Positions 1 through 11,005 of a DNA stretch of 64,000 nucleotides are shown here, in pieces. Under the pieces are notes generated by a model, which was not told where the DNA came from, did not search any database, and saw only the letters and a list, made by a program, of their open reading frames with translations. The stretch's first letter is position 1, and the number at the start of each line of letters is the position of its first letter. This stretch comes from Candidatus Cloacimonadales bacterium (GTDB lineage Bacteria; Cloacimonadota; Cloacimonadia; Cloacimonadales; JAFGVF01), in assembly GCA_963677495.2 (NCBI GenBank), contig CAXXOU010000001.1, positions 512,001-576,000 on the forward strand, in the 5' to 3' direction. Made by a program: the position numbers and the translations under genes.

Positions 1-1473
1 CGTAAAAACTTTTCCATCAGCACAATAGTTATTTGTTATGATTGTGTTATTCATCACTATGTCACAATCAGATAAATAAATCCCTGTATAACTAGCATCA
101 GGATTATCAGTTCCAATATTATCGATTACACAGTTATTCATGATTATTGATGAATCTCGACTAAATATTGCTTCTAAATCACAAGCATTTGACTCAGTAT
201 TGTGAATTACTACATTGGTTAGTTCTATATATGTAGAATGGTAAATTTCTAATCCACAATTGCTTGAAATACAGTTTGAAATATTTACGTTTGAAACTAA
301 AGTATTTTCTGCATAAGTTATAACTAACGGCGCATTACTCCCAAACATATTTCCATTAATAATCCTAATATTCATTATTCCAATATTCTGTGCGCAAATA
401 ATCCAGCCAAATAAACCATCCCCCTCTAAATCAATTTGTACATTTTCTTCACCAATAACATCAATGTGTGATTTGAACCCGAATGGGAATATCTGTTGAT
501 TTTCAGAAAATGAATAGGTTCCTGAAGCAACATAAATGTTTCTTTGATTTAAACTATCGGGGGATATTATGTTCATTGCATAAGCAATCGTTTTTAATGG
601 TTCATCTGGGGTTATCCCACTATTTGCATCATTCCCATCAGGTGAAACATATAAATCTGTTTCAATATAATTCATACAGCTCTCTTCTGCATTAACAATT
701 ACATCATTCATTCTGATTGATCTTATGTAGTAGTCATCAGGTATAAGCATATTATTTGAAACTAATTCAAGTGATAGATTTACATTAAAGTTTTGCTCTT
801 CATTGCACTCAATAAGGCAAATATCCATGCCACCAGCAGAATAATTGCCAAACACTGAGCACTTATAATTATCATCAAAGACTATTGATGAGTATTCAAC
901 ACAAACACCACCACCGTAAAATAAAGCATGATTATTATGAATTATTAGACCACTTAAAAAAACATCTGAATTGTTTCCAACCATTAATCCTGAACCTCCT
1001 CTTGAAATACAATTCACGATTGAGCAGTTAAAGATTTCTGCATTAGAATCATCAATAAAAATTCCTCCCCCACAAACCTCAGGGAAAACATGTGTTATTC
1101 TTAAATAATTATTCGATATTTTAAAACCTTGTATCGTAACATTATCAGAGCTTTCTACTCTAATAGCTGAATTGTTGAATAAACCACTTATAAATGTATT
1201 CTCAATATCTTCAGGATCCCCGCTTAACGAGTAAGTACTTACCAAACAAACACTCTTATCGTATATTGTAATGTTCTCATGATATGTTCCAGGATGAACT
1301 AAAACTGTATCATTATCGCTTGCATTATCAACAGCTTGCTGTATTGATGTAAAATCATGATTTCCACTTAGCGATACTTCATACATGGTCGCATTAGCTG
1401 AATACATTAGGAAATAGAATATGATACCTAATACAAACCTTTTTACCGAGCAATTCTTAGCATTTTGTGACAT
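1..1473 (-). CDS. Secreted right-handed beta-helix (pectin-lyase-like/DUF1565-like) protein, runs off the window start
   Basis: Not in the ORF track because there is no stop in the window. Manual translation from ATG at 1473 (GGAG RBS upstream) gives MSQNAKNCSVKRFVLGIIFYFLMYSANATMYEVSLSGNHDFTSIQQAVDNASDNDTVLVHPGTYHENI. The 'TSIQQAVD..DTVLVHPGTY.ENI' motif is typical of the family. The same frame is open at bases 1-60; the middle was not checked codon by codon. Confidence 0.8.
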   Translation of the reverse strand, partial: MSQNAKNCSVKRFVLGIIFYFLMYSANATMYEVSLSGNHDFTSIQQAVDNASDNDTVLVHPGTYHENITIYDKSVCLVSTYSLSGDPEDIENTFISGLFNNSAIRVESSDNVTIQGFKISNNYLRITHVFPEVCGGGIFIDDSNAEIFNCSIVNCISRGGSGLMVGNNSDVFLSGLIIHNNHALFYGGGVCVEYSSIVFDDNYKCSVFGNYSAGGMDICLIECNEEQNFNVNLSLELVSNNMLIPDDYYIRSIRMNDVIVNAEESCMNYIETDLYVSPDGNDANSGITPDEPLKTIAYAMNIISPDSLNQRNIYVASGTYSFSENQQIFPFGFKSHIDVIGEENVQIDLEGDGLFGWIICAQNIGIMNIRIINGNMFGSNAPLVITYAENTLVSNVNISNCISSNCGLEIYHSTYIELTNVVIHNTESNACDLEAIFSRDSSIIMNNCVIDNIGTDNPDASYTGIYLSDCDIVMNNTIITNNYCADGKVFT

Positions 1474-1486
1474 AGTAACTCCATTA

Positions 1487-1520
1487 GAAAAAACGGGGCA
1501 GGGAGAAAATACCTGCCCCA
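1487..1520 (-). terminator. Hairpin/terminator-like element between the two beta-helix genes
   Basis: ggggcagg...cctgcccc stem with an A-tract (U-tract on the minus strand) just past the stop of 1528..4431. Confidence 0.55.
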
Positions 1521-1527
1521 CATCGTA

Positions 1528-4431
1528 CTATTTCAGAAGTAACATCTTTTCAGATAAGGTATCAAGGGGAGTAATGAGCTTGTAGAAATATACACCACTT
1601 GGAAGGTTCTTCCCATGCTTATCTTTACCATTCCATGTGATTTCATGTCTACCTTGCTCTTGATACTCATTAACCAATGTTGCTACTTTCTGTCCTCGAA
1701 TATTAAATACATCGAGGTTGACCTTATTCGCTTTTCCAAGCGAGTACATTATTGTTGTTGTTGGATTAAACGGATTAGGGTAATTTCCAAATAGCTTTGT
1801 TGGGACTATATCCACATCTTCACCATTATCCTCTAAATCAATGCCTATCTTATAGAAGTCTTCTTTTTCACTCAAGTCGATATGTCTATACTCATAATGG
1901 CCTGTTGCGTAATTCATGACTTTATAATCAGTAAATGACTTCGTCTTTTGTTTTGAAGGGAAATACATCCTGAATTCTAAATCATCCATTACAGGATCAT
2001 ATTCATTTAAGATATAAGCATTTAGTTGAACTTGATCGTCCTTAATCAGAGAAGCACCTTTACACTCATCGTTAACAAAGATGGCTATCTCAATCGGCAC
2101 TTCACCGTTCTCATACTCATCCAGGAAGATCTCAATGTAGATTGGGATGTAATCTTCTTGCTCTTCATATTCGAAGTGAGTTGTCATCTTTCTGTAATAT
2201 GGTTCTGAGAATTGTGGGTCATCAGGACCCCAGGAGAAATTGACATCATCACCAATATACTTTACAGAGACCATCTCTCCATAGTTTATCGCAATATCCC
2301 CTAGGTCTCCACCAATCTCCCAGTTATCTGTATAACCAATTGGAGTTTTAGCGTCCGGTGTCGCTATTGGAACTCGGGAAATGCACCAATCCTGAGCTTT
2401 TATCATGACAATATCATCAATTACATCATCTAATGCCTCGAAGGGTGACATACTCTGCTCAACATAGTATCCGAGCCAATACTCTTCAACCGAACTACCT
2501 GTATACTCAGGAAGATCAAGTCCAACATCAGGATTAATAGTTGAACCCATCTGGTGACCTGAATACTCAAGATGTAATGAGTTAACTCCATCCACCAGTT
2601 TAACTTTGTACCCGTAGTTGGATTTTGCAGTTACTCCAACCGGTTCCCAAATTTGTGCAGTTGTATTAAGTTTAAACACATCTTCATCATCAGGATATTT
2701 CCAACGAATCTCATCAATGAATTCTGCTTGTAGAGATACTATTTCCAGCCATCCCTGATCATCATACTCATCAAAGATATACTCGAAAGTTTTATCCATG
2801 CCAAGTGCCGGGAAGCAAATCCAGTTTATACCAGCAGTGAATTTCCTACGATTATTATCATGATAAGGATCATCGAAGTGAACAGCACCAACATCCATCC
2901 TGGTCATGTCGGGATCACAGTCATCAAGATCGAAGTCGGTTTCACCTTCAACCCAGAGATAACTATCCCCATCCAGATTCGGATGTCCCATATCAATACA
3001 TGGAGAGTATGTTGTTGTATTCCAGATTGGTTCATAGCTGGAGTCTAAGCAGGGATCACCACTATAGATCTTGGTAGTGGTAAGCGGATTAGTAGAACTT
3101 CCGGAAAAATCCCAGTCTCCAAGCGTGTTATTATTAAATAGTGAATAGTTGATTTCCAGACTTTCAGTTGAGAATTGACTTCCATCATCCCAATCAATGC
3201 CATAACCAGTGTTATTAGCAAATATATTGTTATTGATTACATAATCAGCTGCTCTATATAGAACAAGACCATTACCATCAATATTGATTAAGGTGTTGTT
3301 ATCAAATCTCAAATAGTCAGGATTACTAGGGAGTCCACCATAATAATGAAGGTAAAATCCGTAAGTTTCACAATTATCAATAACATTATTTCTGAAATCA
3401 AGCGATACACGTCCATTCTCATCAAAGAAATAAACTGCTCCGCAATCATAATCCTTGAATGTATTGCCTTTCATCACTACATCTGCATCACTATAGTGGA
3501 CAGGATGATCAAATTGATCTTTGTCTATCAAGTTAATACTTGAAGCCCAAGAATATGTGGTTGGTGCATTCGCTGTATGATAGAACTCACATTCGTTTAT
3601 AACAATATTATCCATATTGTCGCACCGTTTAACCATTATATCATGAGCCTTATGTTGACCATGATTATCCTCAAAAATACAATTATCAATTACTATGTCT
3701 CCTGAAGTATCTGCATTATATATAAGAATCGCCCCACCCATACTTGCAGATCCATTATTCTCCATACAGTAGTTATCAATAAAGCTACAGTTTAAAACAG
3801 ATGCAGGACCATATAAGGCTAGTCCGGCACCACCATTAATATCACCACCAAAGTTGTTGTTAAATTCACAGTTTTCGATTATTACTTGCTCAGTGTACCC
3901 TACAGCTCCATCAGCTAAGATACACACTCCCACTCCCTCCCAAACATCTATATTAAGATTGTTTGGAGCAGAGATTGAGTTGTTTAAGAATTTACAGTTT
4001 GTTATTGTTGGAGTAGCACCATTTACCAATGCTATACATGCTCCGTATAAGTAATGCTCACAGTTCTCAAACTGAAAACCGGAGATCAAGTCCTGATTGT
4101 TAATTCCAACACCTGAAAGGTAGATTGCATGATTTCCATCCGTTGTTAGTATTGCCGGGTTATTCGGATTAGTAACTAGATTTATATGTCTCCCGGTCCA
4201 CGTTAACTCGTTAACGATATATGTTCCGGCTAGAACTTCAACAGTTCCGCCATCATCTATCATATCCAATGCGCTTTGAATAGTTTGTACTTGTGATGGG
4301 ACAACGATGTAATCAATTGTCCTGCTATTTTTGCCACCCTCTAAGGTTACTTGCTCATTTTCAACGCTACACACATTTGACGCGAAAACAAGCATAACAA
4401 GGATGATTGTAATGTTTACATAATTCTTCAT
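1528..4431 (-). CDS. Secreted beta-helix-repeat protein with C-terminal FlgD-Ig/T9SS-type-A-like sorting domain
   Basis: Signal peptide; 'TIQSALD..GTVEVLAGTY'; repeated 'NC.F.NN' beta-helix coils; 'SPCIDMG.P..DPD.TRMDVGA'; C-terminal 'GNYPNPFNPTTTI...SGVYFYKL..KMLLLK'. Confidence 0.85.
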   Translation of the reverse strand: MKNYVNITIILVMLVFASNVCSVENEQVTLEGGKNSRTIDYIVVPSQVQTIQSALDMIDDGGTVEVLAGTYIVNELTWTGRHINLVTNPNNPAILTTDGNHAIYLSGVGINNQDLISGFQFENCEHYLYGACIALVNGATPTITNCKFLNNSISAPNNLNIDVWEGVGVCILADGAVGYTEQVIIENCEFNNNFGGDINGGAGLALYGPASVLNCSFIDNYCMENNGSASMGGAILIYNADTSGDIVIDNCIFEDNHGQHKAHDIMVKRCDNMDNIVINECEFYHTANAPTTYSWASSINLIDKDQFDHPVHYSDADVVMKGNTFKDYDCGAVYFFDENGRVSLDFRNNVIDNCETYGFYLHYYGGLPSNPDYLRFDNNTLINIDGNGLVLYRAADYVINNNIFANNTGYGIDWDDGSQFSTESLEINYSLFNNNTLGDWDFSGSSTNPLTTTKIYSGDPCLDSSYEPIWNTTTYSPCIDMGHPNLDGDSYLWVEGETDFDLDDCDPDMTRMDVGAVHFDDPYHDNNRRKFTAGINWICFPALGMDKTFEYIFDEYDDQGWLEIVSLQAEFIDEIRWKYPDDEDVFKLNTTAQIWEPVGVTAKSNYGYKVKLVDGVNSLHLEYSGHQMGSTINPDVGLDLPEYTGSSVEEYWLGYYVEQSMSPFEALDDVIDDIVMIKAQDWCISRVPIATPDAKTPIGYTDNWEIGGDLGDIAINYGEMVSVKYIGDDVNFSWGPDDPQFSEPYYRKMTTHFEYEEQEDYIPIYIEIFLDEYENGEVPIEIAIFVNDECKGASLIKDDQVQLNAYILNEYDPVMDDLEFRMYFPSKQKTKSFTDYKVMNYATGHYEYRHIDLSEKEDFYKIGIDLEDNGEDVDIVPTKLFGNYPNPFNPTTTIMYSLGKANKVNLDVFNIRGQKVATLVNEYQEQGRHEITWNGKDKHGKNLPSGVYFYKLITPLDTLSEKMLLLK

Positions 4432-4820
4432 TACGTACTCCTAATTCACCATGGCTTTCTTTATTTAGTCCAGACCCTTTAATTCTAACACAACATTATT
4501 TCGACATTAAATCCTGTCAATGACTTTTTAATTTTTTATATTTTATATTCAATACATTTCATGTTAGATATTATTGCTATTTGTAAATATTTGCTATATC
4601 GAGCTATTACATAGATTAGTACTGGAATTTTATTACTCAATATCTCCCTTATCATTCATAAAAAAGGTTACTAGAAACGATTTCAAAGTGGTCTTCAGTA
4701 CATAATCACTAACTTGTTTAGCCACACTTAACGGTCTAATAACCTTCTTGAATTGCAATAAGTCATTGTGTAATACACTGCCTAGATGCATGTCTATGCT
4801 GAAACAATATTAAAAAGTAA

Positions 4821-4849
4821 TTGACACACACTTTTCTAAGTATTAGATT
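4821..4849 (+). promoter_or_regulatory. sigma70-like promoter of the 4957 gene
   Basis: TTGACA-17 nt-TAGATT. Confidence 0.55.
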
Positions 4850-4956
4850 TGCATCGGTTAGTTAGAATTGGTAGAATAGAAGCATGCATAGGGAGATTCA
4901 ATCCACTTGAATATTATGCATTTAATCAGAAACACTTCTAGTTCTAGGAGGTTCTA

Positions 4957-7900
4957 ATGAGTAAGAAATTGCTATGCACTCTTATAGCAACTTTATTCAT
5001 ATTTTGCTTATTCGCAGAGGGCACAAACACAAGTGCCGGGGCTCCTCAAGTTGAAACCTTACCCTTTACTGAAACAGGTGACTTGAGCGATAACACTAAT
5101 GATAATGGTGAAAGAGGAAGAGACGAATGGTGGGAACTCACACCTTCAATTGATTTAACAAATGTCGATATTCATCCTGTATATGATGGTTGGGATGGCT
5201 ACCTTTATGTTTATGATTCAAATTTAACACTTATTGCATTCGATGACGACGGTCCTGCCGGAACAGGAGACTCACAGTTAATTATGGATATTACAGCAGG
5301 TCAAACTGTGTTTATCTGTGTTGATGAGTTCTCTGCATCCACTGATGCCAGAACTTTCACATTAAATATATCTGCTGATCAGGTTGGTGATGTGGTTGAT
5401 CATGATGCACCTGAGCAGATAACTAATGTGTTCCCAGCTCCGGGAGCAGCTAACATTGAATTGCTACCAACAATGACTTGGGATTTTGGGGCTAATACAG
5501 AAACCTATGATCTCTACTTTGATACTGCTAATCCCCCTCTTAATCAGGTCGTAACTGGTGGTATGGCCGGGGCAACAGGCTCGTTTACACCATCCGCTGA
5601 CTTAACCCTTGATACAGAGTATTATTGGTCAATTGTTTGCCATAACAGCACAACTACAACTGTTACAAACAACAGAGGTAGCTTCCACACAACACTTGGT
5701 GATGATATAATCCAGGTTGGCAATGGAACAGTTACTAATCAACATCTTCCCATTGAACCTTACTTCGGTTATTCATACACACAAACAATCTATCTTCAAA
5801 GTGAAATAGATGTGCAGGGAAGACGAATCGAACGTATATCTTATCAATACAATCAGGATAACACTTTAGCCAATTGTAATGAATGGGTTATATATATGGC
5901 TCATTCAGCTGAAACCGGATTTGCTGATACTGATAGCTGGCTACCAATTTCTCAGTTCACTGAAGTGTACAATGGTCCACTTCCAACAGTTGATGAAAAT
6001 GGTTGGATTGAGTTTGTATTAACAACTCCGTTTGTATACAACAATTCAGATAACTTGGTAATCGCTGTAGAAGAAAACCAAACCGGATTCGGTGAAAGCA
6101 CTGAAGAGTTCTTCTGTGAAACAGTAACCGGAAATAGAGCTATCGCATATTTCAACGATCAAACTGATACTGATCCTAATAATCCGCTTACTGCAAACTC
6201 TCTCATGACATCTATCCCAAACACTAAGCTTGAGTTTGGTGATATTCCTGTTGGTGCACAGATGATGCTAAATCCTGAAACTATTGATTTCGGTACAAAC
6301 TTCGTTAATACAACTACTAATCCTGTTTCAGTTAGTATGCAGAATACTGGAACTGGAACCCTTACAGTGAGTTCAGTTGTACTAAATGATGATGTAAACT
6401 TCTCATTAGTTGATAACAATGCATATCCGTTGGCTCTCAATTCAACAGAATCAGCTAGCTTTGATGTACTGTTCAATCCAACTATTGATGGTCCAATCAA
6501 CAGTACTATAACAATTACGGATGATATTACAAGACAGACATATGATATAGCTATCTCCGGTACTGGATTCGAGGCTACTGTGTCTAACTTCCCTTACATG
6601 CAGTCTTTCGATACTGCTGATTATCCAATTGAGTGGACTGTAGACCCGGAAGATAGTTGGTTTATTGCCAGTACAGACTTTGGTGGTCATGGTGCTGACT
6701 TCGAGGCAACAGGTAACAACGGAAACTTCATTGGAGTTGATGATTCTGATCCTGATACTATTCCGGCTCATCTATATTCACCTCCATTTGATCTTACAGG
6801 TTTATCTAACCCAATATTGACTTTCTATTACTGGATTGGTGACAACACTAATGCTGCATCTCTTAATCTTGATCTCATTATTGATGGCAACACAACAGCA
6901 GATGTAGCTGTTATTACTGATCCTGACGGTGCAACAGAATGGACTCACTATGAACTGTCTCTTGCTGCCTATGTTGATCAGATAGTTACTATTGATTTCC
7001 GAGCTATGGAGGAAGCTTCCAACTTCTATGGTGATATTTGTTTGGATGATATTGGTGTATACGATAATTCAACACCTCCTTCTCCAACAACTCTAGTTTC
7101 TCCAACTGATGCTGAAATCGGTGTTGCAATGACTGGAGACCTTAGCTGGAGTCCTGCTCAAGGTGCTGATGGTTATTATGTTTATCTTGGTACTGATAAT
7201 CCACCTACAGATGTTTATAATGAAGAAGATGTGACAGATGCCTTATCTTTAGCATATTCAGGACTGCAAGCCGGAGTTGTTTATTACTGGCAAGTTGTAC
7301 CTTATAATGTTAACGGTGATGCTGTGAATTGTCCTATCTGGTCATTCACTACATTTAATGATCTACCTTTAGCAGCAACTCTGGTTGCTCCTGCTGATGC
7401 TGCAACAGCTATATCTGAAACACCTACTCTTAGTTGGGCTGATGGTGGTCAGTTCCCTGATGGTTATAGACTTTATCTTGGAACAGATAATCCACCTACT
7501 GACACCATAAATGGTGATGATATGGGCAACAATACATCTTATGAAGTATCAACAGCTCTACAGTTCGAAACAACATATTACTGGCAGGTTATACCATATA
7601 ACTTTGTTGGTGATGCTGTAAACTGTCCGGTTTGGTCTTTTACAACAAACTCAAACCAAAACTACGGCGGAGATGGAAACTTATATGGCGGTTACTACTT
7701 TGCAAACAATACTCCTAGTGGTATTGGCTTAGGTTCCCAACCAATATTTGAATGGGTAGATATCAGTACTACAGGTACAGCTCCGATTTACTCTAACACA
7801 GATGATGGATTTGCTACTGTACCAATTGGTTTCACATTTACATACTTCGGAAACGATTACACTGATATCAGTCTCGGAACTAACGGTTATGCTATGTTCA

Positions 7901-10356
7901 CCAATCCCGTTGGTAACACAGCATCTGATATGACAATTCCTAACACAAACACACCAAACGATGTAATCGCCATGTTAGCAATGGACTTACATACTACTGA
8001 TATCCCTTCAAACTGCTATTATGGTCTTGATGATATGGGTAATTTTGTCTATACTGTCGAGATGTGGAATGACTACAATGACACTTCTGAATATATTGAT
8101 GTTCAGCTCATTCTTTATCCAACAGGAAGAATCAAAATTCAGTATAGAAATCATGTTAATCCTAACAGTGATGTTGATTTACAATCTATTCCTGGAGATG
8201 CATGTATTGGTATTGAGAATGCAGATGGAACCATTGGACATCAATATCGGTTAAATGGTGTTGGTGGTCCTTTAAACGAAGGTATGGCTCTTTGCTATGC
8301 TCTTAATCCGGGTGACCTTTCTGATGGTGGCAACGGTCTGTTTCTGCCGTCAGATATTGAGTTTGATGTTGTGACTGTTGACTCAGACTCAGATGTCTTC
8401 GAGTTAAGAATGCGCAACTTTACCGATACAGCAATCGAACTTGCAAACCAACCGGTTCTGAGTGGCGACAATGTAGATCAGTTCTCAATCACTGATAACA
8501 ACACTTATCCATTAAGCATTGCCGGTGGTTCAGAAGCAACAATAGACATTCAGTTCTCACCAACATCTGTTGGTCATAAGACTGCAATGCTTACAATAGT
8601 TGATGACTATGTTGAAACTGAAAGAAACACTTATGAGATAACTATGCATGGTTACGGTTATATTGCTGATTCTAATGACACATCTGATGAAGCAGATGAG
8701 TTTGCTATCTACATTGAAGATATTGAGGATTATCATGCAATCATCCAACCTGAAACTGATATCGATTGGTACGTTTTCTGGCAGACAGCTCCGGCTGAGC
8801 TAAATATGCACACTGAACACATCAACGGTTCCTCAGTCGATCTGTCTGCTTTCCTTTATGGACCATATGATGATGTGGATATTACAGTTGATGAATTAGC
8901 ATCAATAGCTTTCAGTGATGACGATTGGACTGACGGTGTAAACCCTCATATCGTTCATGATGTTCCGGATGGAGCTTCAGGATTCTATTATCTACGTATT
9001 GCTCGTAGTGACAACTCCCCTACCCCTCCAACTGTCAGATCTGCTATAAGTGGCTTAGAACAGGAAGAGAAATCTCTTACTTCAAAGAATAAGAAGACTG
9101 AAGTAATTCAGGAACAGACAAATACTCAAACAACCCCAACTACAAGATGGGCAACCGGTGACTATGCTCTCTGGATTTCAACAGATAATCCGGTAGCTCC
9201 TTCAGGATTTGATCCACCAACTGCCTTAACTCATAACATTACCTATCAAGGTATTGAGCTTAGCTGGCTTGCTCCTGAGCTTGAAACAAGGCAGTTAGAG
9301 GGATACAACGTTTATCGTGATGATCTGGTTGTGAACACAGAACCTGTTCAAGCTCTATTCTATCTTGATACAGATCCTATTCAAGATCAGACATATGAAT
9401 ACAAGATTACTGCACTTTATTCTGCTCCGGCAGGTGAATCAGTTCCTTGTGATTCAATAGAAGTCACATTCGAAGCTGTTGACCCTCCAATCATAGCAGA
9501 GGACTTCGAAACATATGATGACTTTGCTACTGAGATGCAGTATTGGACACTTCTTGACTTAGATGGTGAGGGCACACATGGATTTAATAACGGTATTGAT
9601 TTCCCTGGTGAACACAGTGAAATGGCTTTCATCGTTTTCAATCCAAGTGCAACAGTTCCGGTACTTCAGTTTGCTGATGCTTATAGTGGTGACAAATATG
9701 CAGCTTGCTTTGCTGCTGACTCCGGTTCAAATGATGACTGGCTGATTACACCAAGAATTCAGCTAACTGACGCTGTAGCCTATCTAGACTTCAAGGCTCG
9801 TTCATATACAACTCAATATGGACCTGAGCTCTTGGAAGTGGGTATCTCAATGGGTGGCACAGATCCAAGTGATTTCACAATTATCTCCGGTGACACTCCA
9901 CTTGAATTACCTCAAAACTGGGATTCATATCATTATGATCTTGATGCGTATTCAAATGAATTGATTAGAGTTGGGTTCCGTTGCACATCAAGTCAAACAT
10001 TCTTCGCAATGATTGATGCGATTATGATTATGAACGATGGGGCTGCTCTAAGTGAAGAGGAACAAGTTATTATCCCTGAGACAACAGCACTCAGAGGTAA
10101 CTACCCAAATCCATTCAACCCTGAAACAACAATCAGCTTCGATGTAAAAGAGAACTCAACTGTGACTATTGATGTTTATAACATCAGAGGACAGAGAGTT
10201 AATCGTATAGTAGAAGGTGATTATAACGCAGGAAGACATAGCATTGTTTGGGATGGTTCTGATGATTCAGGTTCACAAGTCTCAAGTGGTGTTTATTTCT
10301 ATAGAATGCAATCAGGTTCCTATGCTAAAACAAAGAAAATGATACTAATGAAGTAA
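4957..10356 (+). CDS. Large secreted adhesin-like protein (PPC-like, FN3-like repeats, choice-of-anchor-D/ASH-like, MAM-like and cleaved-adhesin/choice-of-anchor-J domains, FlgD-Ig CTD)
   Basis: Signal peptide; repeated 'YYWQV.PYN..GDA.NCP.WSFTT'; 'EDFE...WTLLDLDG...NDDWLITP' cleaved-adhesin motif; CTD 'GNYPNPFNPETTI...KKMILMK'; GGAGG RBS. Confidence 0.85.
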   Translation: MSKKLLCTLIATLFIFCLFAEGTNTSAGAPQVETLPFTETGDLSDNTNDNGERGRDEWWELTPSIDLTNVDIHPVYDGWDGYLYVYDSNLTLIAFDDDGPAGTGDSQLIMDITAGQTVFICVDEFSASTDARTFTLNISADQVGDVVDHDAPEQITNVFPAPGAANIELLPTMTWDFGANTETYDLYFDTANPPLNQVVTGGMAGATGSFTPSADLTLDTEYYWSIVCHNSTTTTVTNNRGSFHTTLGDDIIQVGNGTVTNQHLPIEPYFGYSYTQTIYLQSEIDVQGRRIERISYQYNQDNTLANCNEWVIYMAHSAETGFADTDSWLPISQFTEVYNGPLPTVDENGWIEFVLTTPFVYNNSDNLVIAVEENQTGFGESTEEFFCETVTGNRAIAYFNDQTDTDPNNPLTANSLMTSIPNTKLEFGDIPVGAQMMLNPETIDFGTNFVNTTTNPVSVSMQNTGTGTLTVSSVVLNDDVNFSLVDNNAYPLALNSTESASFDVLFNPTIDGPINSTITITDDITRQTYDIAISGTGFEATVSNFPYMQSFDTADYPIEWTVDPEDSWFIASTDFGGHGADFEATGNNGNFIGVDDSDPDTIPAHLYSPPFDLTGLSNPILTFYYWIGDNTNAASLNLDLIIDGNTTADVAVITDPDGATEWTHYELSLAAYVDQIVTIDFRAMEEASNFYGDICLDDIGVYDNSTPPSPTTLVSPTDAEIGVAMTGDLSWSPAQGADGYYVYLGTDNPPTDVYNEEDVTDALSLAYSGLQAGVVYYWQVVPYNVNGDAVNCPIWSFTTFNDLPLAATLVAPADAATAISETPTLSWADGGQFPDGYRLYLGTDNPPTDTINGDDMGNNTSYEVSTALQFETTYYWQVIPYNFVGDAVNCPVWSFTTNSNQNYGGDGNLYGGYYFANNTPSGIGLGSQPIFEWVDISTTGTAPIYSNTDDGFATVPIGFTFTYFGNDYTDISLGTNGYAMFTNPVGNTASDMTIPNTNTPNDVIAMLAMDLHTTDIPSNCYYGLDDMGNFVYTVEMWNDYNDTSEYIDVQLILYPTGRIKIQYRNHVNPNSDVDLQSIPGDACIGIENADGTIGHQYRLNGVGGPLNEGMALCYALNPGDLSDGGNGLFLPSDIEFDVVTVDSDSDVFELRMRNFTDTAIELANQPVLSGDNVDQFSITDNNTYPLSIAGGSEATIDIQFSPTSVGHKTAMLTIVDDYVETERNTYEITMHGYGYIADSNDTSDEADEFAIYIEDIEDYHAIIQPETDIDWYVFWQTAPAELNMHTEHINGSSVDLSAFLYGPYDDVDITVDELASIAFSDDDWTDGVNPHIVHDVPDGASGFYYLRIARSDNSPTPPTVRSAISGLEQEEKSLTSKNKKTEVIQEQTNTQTTPTTRWATGDYALWISTDNPVAPSGFDPPTALTHNITYQGIELSWLAPELETRQLEGYNVYRDDLVVNTEPVQALFYLDTDPIQDQTYEYKITALYSAPAGESVPCDSIEVTFEAVDPPIIAEDFETYDDFATEMQYWTLLDLDGEGTHGFNNGIDFPGEHSEMAFIVFNPSATVPVLQFADAYSGDKYAACFAADSGSNDDWLITPRIQLTDAVAYLDFKARSYTTQYGPELLEVGISMGGTDPSDFTIISGDTPLELPQNWDSYHYDLDAYSNELIRVGFRCTSSQTFFAMIDAIMIMNDGAALSEEEQVIIPETTALRGNYPNPFNPETTISFDVKENSTVTIDVYNIRGQRVNRIVEGDYNAGRHSIVWDGSDDSGSQVSSGVYFYRMQSGSYAKTKKMILMK

Positions 10357-10374
10357 TTCATTTGCATTAAATAT

Positions 10375-10403
10375 AAGCCCCTGCGAAAGCGGGGGCTTCT
10401 TTA
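10375..10403 (+). terminator. Rho-independent terminator
   Basis: aagccccTgc-gaaa-gcGggggctt stem followed by ctttaa. Confidence 0.75.
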
Positions 10404-10425
10404 ATTCAAATCACCGTTAATCTAC

Positions 10426-10464
10426 TACCTTTTCAATGGTCCTTAGACCTTGAAAATGGTTCTC
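10426..10464. repeat. Dispersed copy of array hairpin module A
   Basis: taccttttcaatggtccttagaccttgaaaatggt shares the aatggtccttagacctt core with the 11.2-11.7 kb array; a reverse-complement copy lies at 62221-62260. Confidence 0.75.
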
Positions 10465-10546
10465 TTATAAATTCCTCTCTACGAAGAGTAGCTTTCAGGC
10501 TATAGCCATAATTATTAACTATAGCCTGTAGCTTATAGACTATTAA

Positions 10547-11005
10547 TTAATCAGTTACTAACTGATTAATAAGTTCTTCAAAGCGTGGAACCATGGGGAT
10601 AATCCCGGCTTCCACAGCTTCTCTGATTGTTGTTATCGGTATTCCTCTTTCAATGATCTCCTCTATAGTCACAGTCCTAAGATCCAGATCAGGAATCGCA
10701 TGACCTAAGATGTACATAAGTTTCAAGAGCATAGAGAACCCGTTTAACCTGGTTCCGTGTCCCATGATAATTATATTTAATCTGTCAGCGTAGTTCTTGA
10801 TATCGCTTACCCAACCCGGACTTGCTGCTGCGTAAAATAGAGAAAGGTTCTTAGTACGATTACCAAGGTTTGTATTATTTATTGTTTTATGAGGTACCAC
10901 ATAATCCCGACAATACATTGTACCGGTGAACTTATCTATGTAATAAACCAACTCACTTAACTTCCCACTGAACCCCACGAAGGGCTTTGCTACTGAAACC
11001 TTCAT
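10547..11005 (-). CDS. Uncharacterised ~152-aa protein; its N-terminus 'GFSGK...VYY' recalls DUF6266-type FCB proteins
   Basis: ORF track 10547..11041. The better start is ATG 11005 (MKVSVAKPFVGFSGKLSELVYY) with a GGAG RBS. The family resemblance is from memory, not from a search. Confidence 0.7.
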   Translation of the reverse strand: MKVSVAKPFVGFSGKLSELVYYIDKFTGTMYCRDYVVPHKTINNTNLGNRTKNLSLFYAAASPGWVSDIKNYADRLNIIIMGHGTRLNGFSMLLKLMYILGHAIPDLDLRTVTIEEIIERGIPITTIREAVEAGIIPMVPRFEELINQLVTD

